Assembly: GCF_006345805.1 (NCBI RefSeq) | Contig: NC_042999.1 | Coordinates: 102,176,001-102,240,000 of the forward strand | Reading direction: 5' to 3' | Length of the DNA: 64,000 nt | Source: Octopus sinensis | Lineage: Eukaryota | In this document: in pieces, positions 12,412 through 25,029 of the stretch | Layout: every line of letters begins with the position of its first letter | How positions within the stretch are numbered: position 1 is the first letter of the stretch | Position numbers and translations under genes: made by a program | The notes under the pieces: generated by a model | Seen by the model: the letters and a program-made list of their open reading frames with translations, nothing else | Told to the model about the DNA's origin: nothing | Databases searched by the model: none

Positions 12412-12460
<49 letters not shown>

Positions 12461-12468
12461 TGTATATA

Positions 12469-12508
<40 letters not shown>

Positions 12509-12640
12509 ATAGCTAGCTGGAGGAGATGTCTTCCTGAGGCTACAAGCTATAGTAGCATCTACCCTTTAGGGTTAGCCATATTTAGATGGCAAATATACTG
12601 CACGATGTCGTGCAGCTACTCTATACCTCGCTCAGAGATT

Positions 12641-12690
<50 letters not shown>

Positions 12691-12782
12691 GTATAACTAA
12701 TGTGTTTTATCTATATTTATATCTGTCTAGCCATCTAATACTCTATCTGTCTTTATATATATGTTCAGTGTCACAGCGTGAT

Positions 12783-12846
12783 ACTTTGGGCAACAATCCC
12801 GGGCCGACCAAAGCTTGGTGAGTAGATTTGGTAGATAGAAACTGAA

Positions 12847-12848
<2 letters not shown>
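12783..12848 (+). mobile_element. SINE family B fragment
   Basis: CCCGGGCCGACCAAAGC..GATTTGGTAGA..GAAACTGAAAG is shared with the 57893 and 58348 copies. Confidence 0.7.
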
Positions 12849-12885
<37 letters not shown>

Positions 12886-13799
12886 AAAGAGAAAGAGAGG
12901 GAGCCAGTCAGACACACAGACAGATAGATAAAAAGAGAGGTAGTTAGTAGTATCTGTTTTTATGGATTAGTGAAGCGAGAAACAAGAGTAACATCTATGC
13001 CTTATTTTAGGACCGTTTGGAGGTGGTGGTGGTGGTGGTGGTGGAGTAAACTACAACTCATGTGTTTGTATACTAAGAAGCAGCAAATGAAGACATCGAG
13101 TCGGAGATTTGTTTTTCATCTCACAAAAGTTGGACCGAACTAAGATGGTGTTTTGGCTAGGCTTCAAATTTAATGATTGAGTGAAATCACAAGAACGTCT
13201 GAAGTTCTACAATGATTTTATTAAAGCCAAAAATAAAGGATTTTTATGCTGAAATATCAGTCTTAAACAATTTATTATGGAGCATGGGTTATATAAAGTG
13301 TGACAAATCTGTATTATATGACTTACTTATTTAATGTGCTAGTGCGCGCGTGTATGTCTTTTCTTCCCTCGTCCATCAATTCCTGGTGGAGCCATAAGGG
13401 CACCAGCGTGGTATATTGCGTGTCATGAACATTTTAAATATGGTGGAACCCATTTTTTTCTAAGTCTGAACACATTCGACTCCTCGTCCTCTCCCCCTCC
13501 CCTCCTCCTCCCCCTCCTCTTCTTCTTCTTCTCTTCTTCTTTTTCTTCATCCTCCTCTCCCTCCTCCTCCTTCTAGAGTGAGAAAGAGAGAGAGAGAGGG
13601 AGAGAGATATGTAGATAGCAGAAGTGAGAGAGAGAGAGAGAGAGAGATGTAGATAGCTGAAGTGAGAGAGAGAGATGCAGATAGAGAGAGATGCAGATAG
13701 AGAGAGATGAAGAGTCATTGCGGGTGTTGCTGTCAGAACGAAAGAATCGAAACATCTTTCCCGAGTAGTAATGATTACTCTTTTATTAATTCTTTCATT

Positions 13800-13975
13800 C
13801 ATTTGACTGGAGCCCCGCCACGAACGGTTTTAGTCGAACAAATCGACCCCAGGAGTTATTTTTTAAATCTTGGTACTTATTCTGTCGGTCTCCTTTGCCG
13901 AACCGCTGAGTTACGGGGACGTAAATACACCAGCACCGGTTGTCAATCAGTGATGGGGGACAGACAGAGACACAC
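13800..13975 (-). mobile_element. SINE-like repeat family C
   Basis: Reverse complement of the 58140-58340 and 58915-59115 copies. Confidence 0.75.
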
Positions 13976-14000
13976 ACACATACATAGATATATACATATG

Positions 14001-14315
14001 CAGTAATTCCTCATTTAACGAGGACCCGCTTCACGACCCCACCGAGTTTACGAGCTTTATTTTTCAAGCACAAGTTCCAAATTTTGAACGATGTGCAAAA
14101 GTTTTTATAACTATAACAAATGCTTCTGCGTGTTACCGAGAAATTTATAGAGAGCGGAAAAAAAGTTTCTTTTTGAGCAAACAACTCTAGACTTGTTTTT
14201 TCAAAAGAAATCTACAAATCCGTCTACGAGTACTTGTGAATCGGCGATCGCGTTTACTAGTGATGGTGTACACATGTCTAATGCGAGTGAAAGTGATTCA
14301 GGAAACGATTATAAT
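14001..14315 (+). mobile_element. Possible pogo/Tigger-like DNA transposon left end
   Basis: Begins CAGTAATTCCTCATTTAACGAGG, resembling CAGTA..CCTCG.TTAACG TIRs. No right TIR found. Confidence 0.35.
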
Positions 14316-14333
14316 AATATTTTTTATTACAAA

Positions 14334-14922
14334 GGCGGCGAGCTGGCAGAAACGTTAGCGCGCCGGGCGAAATGCGTAGCCGTATTTCGTCTGCCATTAC
14401 GTTCTGAGTTCAAATTTCGCCGAGGTCGACTTTGCATTTCATCCTTTCGGGGTCGATTAAATAAGTACCAGTTACGCACTGGGGTCGATATAATCGACTT
14501 AATCCGTTTGTCTGTCCTTGTTTGTCCTCTCTGTGTTTAGCCCCTTGTGGGTAGTAAAGAAATAGGTATTTCGTCTGCCGTTACGTTCTGAGTTCAAATT
14601 CCGCCGAGGTTGACTTTGCCTTTCATCCTTTCGAGATCGATTAAATAAGTACCAGTTACGCACTGGTGTCGATGTAATCGATTTAATCCCTTTGTCTGTC
14701 CTTGTTTGTCTTCTCTGTGTGTAGCCCCTTGTGGGCAGTAAAGAAATAAGAAACGTTAGCACACCGGGCGAAATGTTTAATGCTATTTCGTCTGTCTTTA
14801 CGTTCTGAGTTCAAATTCCTTCTCGGTGTCGATAAATTAAATACCAGTTGCATACTGGGGGTCGATGTAATAGACTGGCTCCCTTCCACAAAATTTTGGG
14901 CTTTGTGCCTAGAGTAGAAAAG
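14334..14922 (+). mobile_element. Head-to-tail trimer of tRNA-derived SINE family A within one TSD pair
   Basis: Three units share GTTCTGAGTTCAAATT. Exact 18-bp direct repeat AATATTTTTTATTACAAA at 14316-14333 and 14923-14940. Confidence 0.9.
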
Positions 14923-15159
14923 AATATTTTTTATTACAAATGATCTCGACATTCTTTTTACTTTACATTCTGTTGTTGCTTTATCGCCATTTATTTACGA
15001 TTTTTATAAATTTTGTCAGTAAAATAGATTTTGGGGAACGAATTACTATTTATAACATAGCTACTATGAGGAATTATTGCTCTGCTTTACGAGTTTTAGC
15101 CTTATGAGCAGTCTCTGGGAACAGATTAACTCGTATATCGAGGCATTATCGTATATATA

Positions 15160-15250
15160 CGATGGGCTTCTTTCAGTTTCCATCTACCAAATCCACTCAC
15201 AAGACTTTGGTCGGCCCGAGGCTATAGTAGAAGACACTTGCCCAAGGTAC
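15160..15250 (-). mobile_element. SINE family B fragment
   Basis: GGGCTTCTTTCAGTTTCC.TCTACCAAATCCACTCACAAG..GAAGACACTTGCCCAAGG. Confidence 0.8.
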
Positions 15251-15844
15251 CTATCTTCATAAAATAAAGTTCTTCTTCCATTGTTCGGTTACCAGTTTAA
15301 TAACCAGTGGTGTACGATGATCATTGTCCCAAGATGTACTATCATGCTAGTGGAGTATAGAGAGAAAGATGAGGCAAGGAAAACATCTTGGTCATCCACT
15401 GAATCCATCTCCATCCTCAGTCGTCTCGACCTGGGTTTCCCCAGCGGATTGAAGATGCTCACGGACGAGAGAGTGAAGCTGGTGGTGCGCAGCTCTTCTT
15501 CACTTTAAACAAAGTCACTGAGCAAGTCAGTCATCTTTGAGAATGACTAGATGGTCTTCGTCGCTCCAACAGACGAACATGATCTACCGGGCTGAACCTA
15601 CTACTTTGGTATAAGTATAAACACACAGCTATTAGCTATGTTTATACTTAATGCTGACTTCAACCTAATATAATCTTTGTTTCTGGTTGTGTATTTTTTG
15701 AATTGAAAAGGCATTGCAACCAAATATATTAATATCATGTTACTGCCAAAAGCAAACAACCGGACAAACAAGCATTATTATAAAGAATATTCAACATCTT
15801 TAGCAAGTGCGCGGTACCCATATTACACATCCACAATATATATT

Positions 15845-16075
15845 CTTTCAGTATTGGTTTCGAATTTTGGCATAAGGCCAGCAAATTCGGCGGGAGGGGA
15901 GTAAGTCGATTACATCGATCCCAGTACTCAGCTGGTATTTATTTTATCGACCCCGAAAGGGTGAAAGGCAACGTCGACCTCAGCAGAATTTGAACCCAGA
16001 ATATAAAGACGGACGAAATTCGCTAAGCATTTTGCTCTTCGTTCTAACGATTCTGTCAGCTCGTTTGTAGAGTCG
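15845..16075 (-). mobile_element. SINE family A-related copy
   Basis: TCGACCCCGAAAGG.TGAAAGGCAA.GTCGACCTC.GCAGAATTTGAAC block. Confidence 0.8.
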
Positions 16076-16299
16076 TTCGTTAGTGAGTTGGATAGAATAT
16101 CTCGCGGTACTCATCCCGACACACTGCAATCTGAGTTCAGTCCCTGCTGAGGTCGACTTTACCTTTTATCCTTTAGGGCTTGATTAAAAAAAAATATGCC
16201 AATAAAATGTGATGCATTGCCAGAGCTATGTATATGCACCCGTATGTGCAAGCCTGGGTAAGGTTTTATGAGGATGACTATTTTTCCAGTATTGCGAAA

Positions 16300-16497
16300 T
16301 GTGTGTTAAAGGCACAAGGCCTGAAATTTTGGCAGACGAGGCTTGTCGATTACATCGGTCCTGTTGCTTATTTTATCGACCTCAAAGGGATCAAAGGTAA
16401 AATCGGTCTCAGAGAATTTGAACACAACTTATTGAGTTCGAAGAAATGCCAGTAAGTGTTTTGTCCGGCGTGCTAACGATGCTGCCAGCTCACCGGC
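16300..16497 (-). mobile_element. SINE family A-related copy (diverged)
   Basis: Same blocks as 15845, ending CTGCCAGCTCACC. Confidence 0.7.
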
Positions 16498-16651
16498 ATA
16501 GTTTCCTACTTCAACTCTTCTACAGCCAATGCTTTCTTCTCCAATTGGTTGAAGTTTTTCCTCTGAGTTCAATTCCCGCTGCGGTCGACTTTATCTTTTG
16601 TCCTTTCGGGATAACATGCCATAGTAGTTATGTCAGACATATGTCTTATAC

Positions 16652-16813
16652 CAGTGCTCTGCAACCGGTATGTCCTGGCACACTGGTGTGCCGCAGTGTA
16701 ACCTGAATATAATTTGCTTCCCTATACTTTTAGTTATATCTTTAGTTCAGGTGTGCCGCCGAATTTTGAAAAGAATGTAAGTGTACCGCAACTGAAAAAA
16801 GGTTGCGAAGCAG
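16652..16813. mobile_element. hAT (Charlie/Buster-type) MITE
   Basis: Left end CAGTGCTCTGCAACC, right end GGTTGCGAAGCAG. Exact 8-bp TSD TCTTATAC (16644-16651, 16814-16821) with central TA. Confidence 0.8.
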
Positions 16814-17514
16814 TCTTATACTAAATACACAAAACACTGAAAAACTACGAGGTTATAATAAAGCCAGTACATGGTATATACAGCCTATGAGAAACAATAG
16901 CTAATTATGCGACAAATCAGTACCTACCATCTACAAAAAAGAAAGATACATTAGATAGCTGAAAAAAAGATGAAATGTTTGCGGTTGGAATGCCTTTGAT
17001 CATAGATACGGTCGATCAAGACTAACCTGGGGCTTAACACTAAGAACCTGTACAACAGCAGTAGCAGAAGCAACAACATTATCGAAGGACCAACGATGTT
17101 ATGGCTTCAGAACTTCCTCTGCTGTTAGATAATATCTAATGACATCAAACAGGATTAAGCAGAATCTTGCTTAGGTATTTATCTTGGTATCTCATTGCGC
17201 AGTTGGTCTGTCAGATAACCTGTCTACTTAAGATATATCAGAAGTGTTAGGAGTTTTAACGAGCTTTCATCGTCACCAATACAATCACCTTTGAATTATT
17301 TCCCTTAACTCACTCAAATTACTGCTTGCTTGAAATATTTGTAGCCTCTCGTCCACTTAAAAAAAAAAATTGTTTACTGTTCAGGTGGGTTCTTACTGAC
17401 TATTCTGCGCTGTATCAAACCAGAGGCCATAAGCTTGTTATTATTGTTTTTGTTGCTGTTGTTGCTGCTACTGCTGTTGTTGATGTTGTTTGCTGCTGTT
17501 GCTATTGTTGTTGA

Positions 17515-18076
17515 AAGAGGAAGTCAATTACGGTTGAATTTGAACTTAGAACGTAAGGGTTGGAAGAAATGCCGCTCAGTATTTTGTCCAGCATGCAAAT
17601 GAGTATGGTAACTCGTCGCCTTTTACTACCTGGTTTCGAATTGTGGCACAAGGCCAGAAATTTCGGAGGAGGGATGTAAGTCAATTACACCAACTCCCAG
17701 CACTCAGCTAATAATTATTTCATCGACTCCGGAACGATGAAAAGCAAAGTCAACCTCGGCAGAATTTGAACTCAGAACATAAAGAGAGATCAAATGCCGC
17801 TAATTATTTTGTCAGGTGTACCAGTGATTCTACCAGGTCGCCGCGTTTTACTACCCAAATATTCCTTTCTATTATTGGCACAAAGTCTGAAATTTTGGGG
17901 GAGGACGTTAGTCGATTACATTGACCCGAGTGTTTAACTGGCACTTATTTTATTGACCTCGAAAGGGTTGAAAGGCAAAGTCAACCTCACCGGAATTTGA
18001 ACTTAGAACGTAAAGCCGGACGAAATGTCGCTAAGCATTTTGCCCGGCGTGCTAACGATTCTGCCAGCTCGTCATC
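17515..18076 (-). mobile_element. Three stacked family A SINE copies
   Basis: Copies are separated by TTTTACTACC (17621) and TTTTACTACCCAAATATT (17846-17863, 18077-18094). Confidence 0.8.
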
Positions 18077-18826
18077 TTTTACTACCCAAATATTAATTAT
18101 GTTTACTTCATATCCTAGTTTCTTTCTTCTTTTTTTTTTTTGTATTTTCTTACGTAAATATTCTCTTTTTATTCAGCTTTCTAGTAATAGTTTGATTGCG
18201 ATAGTGGGCTTTGATAGAAATTTATTTTATTCCGAATATTCATATAATCGAAAATGAAATAACATTTGGAAACAAAAAAGGGAAAAAAAAAGGTGGGGTG
18301 CAGAAAATAAATCGCATGTAAAAGAAAATTAGAAAAATAAGGAAATGCCATTGGATGTGCATGTTACAAATATATATATAATATAATATAAAGATGACAG
18401 TAGCAAGGATTGTTGAACCATAAATATAGAAGAGTGAGTAAAGGAATTACGAGTCATTGGGTTAAATGTTGAGGAAGAACTTCCGTTTCTGAATTACCGG
18501 TTTTAGAATATGAAAGAAAAGACAAGAAGGTTCTTAAAATGTTTTAAATAATTATTATGTTTTAGAGGGAGGATGTTATGAAAACGCAAACGAAAAGAAA
18601 AAAGTAAAATGTAAAATTAAAAAAAGGGAGGATTGAAAACATATTAAAAGAAAAAAAATTAAAAGAAAAGAAGAATTAAGTAAATGAAAAGAAAGGTAAA
18701 AACAGAAAGATATAAAATTGTTTTGAAGGGATCTCTTTTATGATAAAGATGAAAGCTGGTCCTTCCTATATAGAAGATGTGTAAAAAATTATTATTATCC
18801 TTTGGAAGTCAACCGAGCGCAAGCAT

Positions 18827-18884
<58 letters not shown>

Positions 18885-19019
18885 CACACCATACTCACAT
18901 GCACATACACACACATGCACAAATATTCCTAGTGAGTGTATGTCCTACACAATATTCGTACTATATTATTTACTAGCAGTAAGTACTTGATGTTTGATGC
19001 ACGATCTGACAACGAAGCC

Positions 19020-19492
19020 CCTTAAGGTCACTCAATTTGCTAAAGATAGTTATCAGCAAAACTCTCTCATGTTACACCCCGCCGCCTTCCGGCTAACAAC
19101 GTGGTCGATCGACCAACTAGAAATAGTATTTAAATACCCCTGAAATCACCTTCACTCCACCTTCTTTAAAAATGGACAAATCAAGTAACGTAACCGCGGG
19201 TTCTCCGTCTGCAGGAAAGACGGGATAATGACAGCGTGTAATGATTTTGATCATAGATCTGTTAGTTCAGGGCTGACCTTGGACTAAATAGCAACCACGA
19301 AGGAGTGTTTACGAGGCCGCTCGATCTGCTAGAAATTACGACCAAAACACCGTCAAATGACACCCCTTTCAGCTTAGAAAAGAGCCATTAGACAATATGT
19401 GCCTAGGTTTCCTGTACATAGGAAAAAGGCGGGATAGTCACAGCTGGAAAGATTTTGATCAAACTTATGAAGGCTGACTTAGGGCTAAACCT
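19020..19492. mobile_element. Tandem cluster (about 3 units) of SINE-like family F
   Basis: Recurrent CTAGAAAT..C..AA..C and TTTGATCAT/GGCTGACC..GGGCTAAA blocks. Other copies lie near 16960, 27110, 40640, 43900, 47900 and 58600. Confidence 0.6.
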
Positions 19493-19760
19493 TAATTATT
19501 TTGTGAATCCTTAAAAAGCAAAGCATCCGTAAGAGCTGAAACTGATACACCTAAATAGACACACCTGATTACAAAGTTCTTCATGCATGACTAAATTCTG
19601 AACAATAACACAGTTCCAAATTTGATCAATAAAAAAAATCTTCCATAATATCTTACCCTACAACCTAATTATCCTTCAACAGAGCTCAACCAACCTCAAA
19701 ACAAGTAAACTTAACAGAGATTATATAAAAAAAAAATACTAACATGAACTAAAATGTCCC

Positions 19761-19805
19761 ACAGTCTGATGAAGGCTAAGCAAGCTGAACGTTCGAAGTT
19801 ACTAT
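19761..19805 (+). ncRNA. Degenerate type I hammerhead motif (homolog of 5244-5288)
   Basis: ACAGT-CTGATGA-AGGCTAAGCAAGCT-GAACG-TTCGAAGTT-ACTAT; the downstream 100 bp also aligns with 5289-5395. Confidence 0.6.
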
Positions 19806-19950
19806 CAATATTATTCTTACCAAAGAATATTAGTTATGTACGCTACAAAAGTAGAGAGTAATCCTTCAGTTTAACGTAAAATTGTTTTTATTATAACTCG
19901 ATATAAAAACAAAAATTAACATATATTATGTGTGTGTGTGTATATGTATG

Positions 19951-19997
<47 letters not shown>

Positions 19998-22224
19998 TGT
20001 GTTGTGTGTGTGTGTGTGTGTGTGTGTGATAGGTAGACAGACACGCAGAGACAGACAGACAAACAGATGGATAGATAGATAGAAATGTACTGCTTTATTC
20101 TTTTACTTCCCCTCCTGCAGTGTAATAGACCTGTCTGATCTATGCAGTGGGATCATTAGTATTGAAAGTAATATAAAACAGTGGTTAATGTGTTATATAA
20201 AACAGCAACGAAAAATTACATGAAACAGAAATACATGGAGTTAAAATATATTTCAAATTGTCAAAATTGATAAGAGCGAGATACATAAATACGTTCGCAG
20301 AAATGCATTATACAAATGTTCATGTCTTAATGTGCATTTAATAATTCATGTGTAGAAAATGGATTTTGTGAATTACAATTCCTTAGAACTTTATGAAAAA
20401 GGAGAGAAAATAAACATACTTTTGATTTATTACTTTGGATATTTCTTCAGCTGAGCACGCAGCTCGTATTGCGTTTAGATGAATGAGTGTTTCATATGAA
20501 GTAGAAATTTTAATACAGCAACGGAAGTCTTAGGATATGTTAAAGTAAGCTTCGTATGTGGCAATGGCTCATAACCACAAGCTGAGCAAGGTGCAATGAT
20601 TTGTTGTCTGTACCAGCAGTGTGCATTGCAATGGTTTGTAAACCGTAAGCTGCAATTGCTTGTGGCTTGTAGCTGTAGTATAAGCTGCAGTGGCTTGTAA
20701 CTATAGCGTATCTGTTTGAATTCGTGCTAAGAATCGAATGATGTATGAGCTGTAGCATTCTAATCAAGCTCTGTTTTTTAGCCACTGGCTGCTTAGACGG
20801 TTACTCTCATGATTGCTGATAGCAAAAGGGCTATTATGAGCTGGCGGTAAAAGCTTGAGTGATGAATAACTTACTTCACTAGTAACATATCTGCCAGTCT
20901 GTGTAAAAGCATTTTTCTTTTATAATACATATTAGAACTGTCTATTGTTCAGATGAGGTCCCTCGTGAGCGAATAACTTAACTTCTTTGTATAAAAATAA
21001 TATACAGTTCTATATTTAAGAAATGAGGAATAACAACAAACAAGATGAGGACAAATATCCGTCGAATGTTTTTTTTTTATTTATTCCCATTCATGTGAAA
21101 CCACTTATTCAAGTTCAAATCATTGATGCAATTTTATACCAATTTTTACTTTTGTTATGTTATGATTATATTATACTTTAGTTTGATTTTAATTATTACT
21201 TACTACATATAATTCAATTGTTATTATTATTTTTATTGTTAAAGTGAAAGCATCTGACATAAAATAGAGAAATATTTTTGTTTCACTCTTTAACACGTAA
21301 TACTGAAATAGTGGAGAAGATATGATATTGCTATGGGCTCGCTCTAGGCAAGAAGCTGAACATTTTTTTTGCCCATGAAACTACATGGGCCCTATGTAAG
21401 GCATGTGTAAAATTTGAATGAAATTGGTTGTGTAGTTCTCAAGTTTTAGGGAAACAGACAGACAGACAGACACACATTCTCAGTTTTATATATATAAAGA
21501 TACATACGTGTGTGTGAACGTGTGTATATTTTTCCATCTTATCCAATGTGCCTTCTCGTTTATATAATGTTAACGTGTGACATTGAGAGAGAATTTGGGT
21601 GTTATTTCCAGCAAATCGTAGAGAGAGAGAGAGAACGGAGAGAGTGGTGGTGTGTTGACGATCTGAACGAGAGTTTATATAAACTTTCCAAAGTCACACA
21701 CACACACACACACATTCATATGTAAAGCTGATAAAACCCCGGATGGAAGCAAGGAAAAGGAGAGGGTTTAATAAATTAATATGCATATTTAATTCACTTT
21801 TATGTAACAGTAAGATCAACAAAAAATACTCCATCAGATGAAAGATAAATATTGTTTAATGGACACAATATATAGTTATGAGCTACTAATAGTTTTATAC
21901 AGTGGAGATGTTGTCTAGACAGGTTTTAATAACAAGCCTAGTGTCTCCAAGCAATCACAGGCTCTGAGCACATGGTGTATACAAGTTACAAATCAAGACA
22001 ATAGAACAAAAGAAATCACAAAGAAAAAAGAGACAAAGGTGGATGCAAAAACTGGAAGGGTGTAAAAAAGCAGAAAAAGAAAGGGAAAATGAAAGAGAAT
22101 TAGAGTTATGTTCCCTTTGCCCATAAAGATATAAGACTAATTGGTGTAGAATCAACAGAAGGTCTCTAAAGTCAGCAACGCAGCTGCTCAATCCAGAGAG
22201 GGTGCTGCTCTCTATTTCGGCGAA

Positions 22225-22345
22225 AATGTATTTACGACGGGTTTCTTTACTTTCCGTCTACCAAATCTATTCCAAAGGTTTTACCCAAGGTGCCATGCGG
22301 TAGAACTGATTCCAGAACCGCGTGACTGGGAAGCAAACGTCTTTC
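22225..22345 (-). mobile_element. SINE family B (internally deleted)
   Basis: ACGGGTTTCTTTAC TTTCCGTCTACCAAAT..CCCAAGGTGCCATGC..GGGAAGCAA. Confidence 0.7.
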
Positions 22346-23431
22346 CACGCCTACACACCTGTGAAAATAACGTAATGGCTGTGTTCTAAACTTAACATTT
22401 ATCAACTTATTTACTAATATGGCTAAGTAAAAGTGTCTTTAGTGTCTCTTAAGTATACAAATCATCTTACCGTTGTGTAAAAAAGACTTGCCAGTGAACA
22501 GGCTGAATTATTAGGGCATCAAAGAAGATTCCCAGCTTTGCTGAACATTTAAGAGGAAAATCAGTTGAAAAACATGGGAGTTCCTTTCATCCTGTTCTGA
22601 GGTGACAGCTTAATAAGTCCGAAGAGCTTTCGTTAACATTCCAAAGTGAAAACTCGAACAAGATTAGGCCTTTTAATTATGTAATTCAGGTGGAATTCCT
22701 TTCTTAGTGGCAACTCTATGAAAAGGAGCTATTCAGTAACTAAGTCCAAGCACATTAATAACTACTATTTGAAAACTTTAAGGTTGCTGGATGCTTATAG
22801 AATACTATGATATATACTTTCTTTTTTTCGAACTGTAGTTTTTCTGAAGCGTTCGTTTTTTGAGATAGTGTGAATCCATATAGGTGATATTGAATATGCA
22901 AATATAGAAGAGAACATCTTTGAAAACAATATTCTTTGATATACACTTGTTACCTTCGCTCTAGAAAGAGCTACATATAATTTTCCATGAGAAAATACTA
23001 GTTCACTTCTCTTTGATTTTCAGTTGTAGCTAATGCTATTAAAATTATTGGAAATATGTTGAAAGAAAAATGTATAAAGCAAACGCTTGAAATACTCTTT
23101 ACTATGGAACGAAAAGAAGACATTATCATCTATGATATTATTCTATAATGGTGCGACTAAATTAATAATACCTTAACAAATCTTAATTCTTTCTACATAT
23201 TAGAGAAAAGTGGCGGTATATATAGCCGAAGGATCTTGTCTAGGTCTTTTGGTTTTAAGTGTCTCGTGACTTCTGCACCCAATTTCAATGCTGGTTTTCT
23301 TAATGGTTTCTCCTCGCACCCTAGAATTAGTCCTTATCCATCTAGGGCAATGCATTTCACTATCCTCCTGATGTTCGATTACGGTAGCTCATCCACCACT
23401 GCCGCCTTCGCCACTGCTCGGAATGTCACTT

Positions 23432-23464
<33 letters not shown>

Positions 23465-24949
23465 AAGTAAAATTAGAAGAGAAGCAAAATGTTTATCCCA
23501 TTTGTTGACAGCTGTTTCATAATCTGTATCCAGTTATAATTAGCGGCACTAAAACGTCCAACACATATAAATATACATATAGATGCACACATTTACATAT
23601 ATGTAATTGTGTTGTTACATAATGAATTAGATGGCTCATCAGAACATTTCATAAGTCATGAGCTGTAAACATTTAGCTCAGATACAGATGGAATAAATAT
23701 TTCAACTCTCACTTCTCTAATTATCTTAATTATTATATGATCTCCAACTGATTGATTTTCCAAAATAAATAAATATATAGATAAATAAAAAAATTTTTAA
23801 ATACAGAGGCGAAAGAAATTCTTTTCTCTTCTGGCTTTAAAGGTGTTAATATTGATTTGTTTTATCTTAGCAATGGACAATTTCACGTTCTTTAGTCACT
23901 GTCACTGTTTTATCTTCATTGATAGCCAACACCCGGCAGAGAGGTTACTGTGAGCTCTGATTCTATGAATCCTTGTTCGTGCGCGCGCAGGCATGTGTGT
24001 GAGTGTGTGCGCGCGTTTTAGTTTTAGAGAAATGCTTACAGCTGGTATTGCAGAGAGATATTTTCCCTTCAGAGTCTATTCCTATCACAAAAATTCCCAA
24101 GCAGGGTTATTGGTGACATGCGAGTCATAGTGTCGCCATAACCGACTTAGAATTATTTTAGTAGACTTCAACACGATTCGAACTCAGACCGCAAAGGCAC
24201 TTTGGTGGAAACAGCAAGGCATTTTGTTACTCATTTTGTAACTCATAAATGATTTCTAACTTTATCACACGGCTATAAATTTGTAAGGAAGGAAGATAGT
24301 CGATTTAATTAACCACCGATACGTCGTTAGTGTTCCGAGAAAAAACTTACATTACCAATAGCGGACATGAATTTACGACTCTTGGACAAGAGACGATAAC
24401 TTATTCACTCAGCTATTATTGTTTACTCCTCAAACACCAAAGCTTAACTTAACTGAAGATGTGTTCTTGTACAAAAAATAAATACATAAATAATATAAAA
24501 AATAAAAATAAAGAGTAAAAAATACTAAAGAAACATTTCACTCACATACTAAAATAAATAAATATATAGATAAATAAAAATCAAAAAAAATCCGGAGGCG
24601 AAAGAAATTCTTTTCTCTTCTGGCTTTAAAGGTGTTAATATTGATTTGTCTTATCTTAGCAATGGAAAATTTCATGAAATAATGATAGAAAAATGGTAGA
24701 AAGTTAATTTGTGTGTGTGCTTGTGTGTGTCTGTGTGCGCACTGGTGTGTGCGTGCGTGCATATACGTGTATGTATGTATGTATGTATGTATGTATGTAT
24801 GTATGTATACATTCATCTATGGTGTATATTGCATAATACATACATTCATGTCTATATCTGTATATACATATATGTTACATAATGCATACATTCTTGTATG
24901 TATGTGTATATATATATATATAACAAATAACTTACGTATAAATATGTGT

Positions 24950-24988
<39 letters not shown>

Positions 24989-24998
24989 CATACATACA

Positions 24999-25029
<31 letters not shown>

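Noticed and set aside
14334-18094. CRISPR-like arrays suggested by repeated SINE blocks and spacer-like gaps
   Set aside because: Eukaryotic context; the repeats are 200-bp SINEs with TSDs and there are no cas genes.
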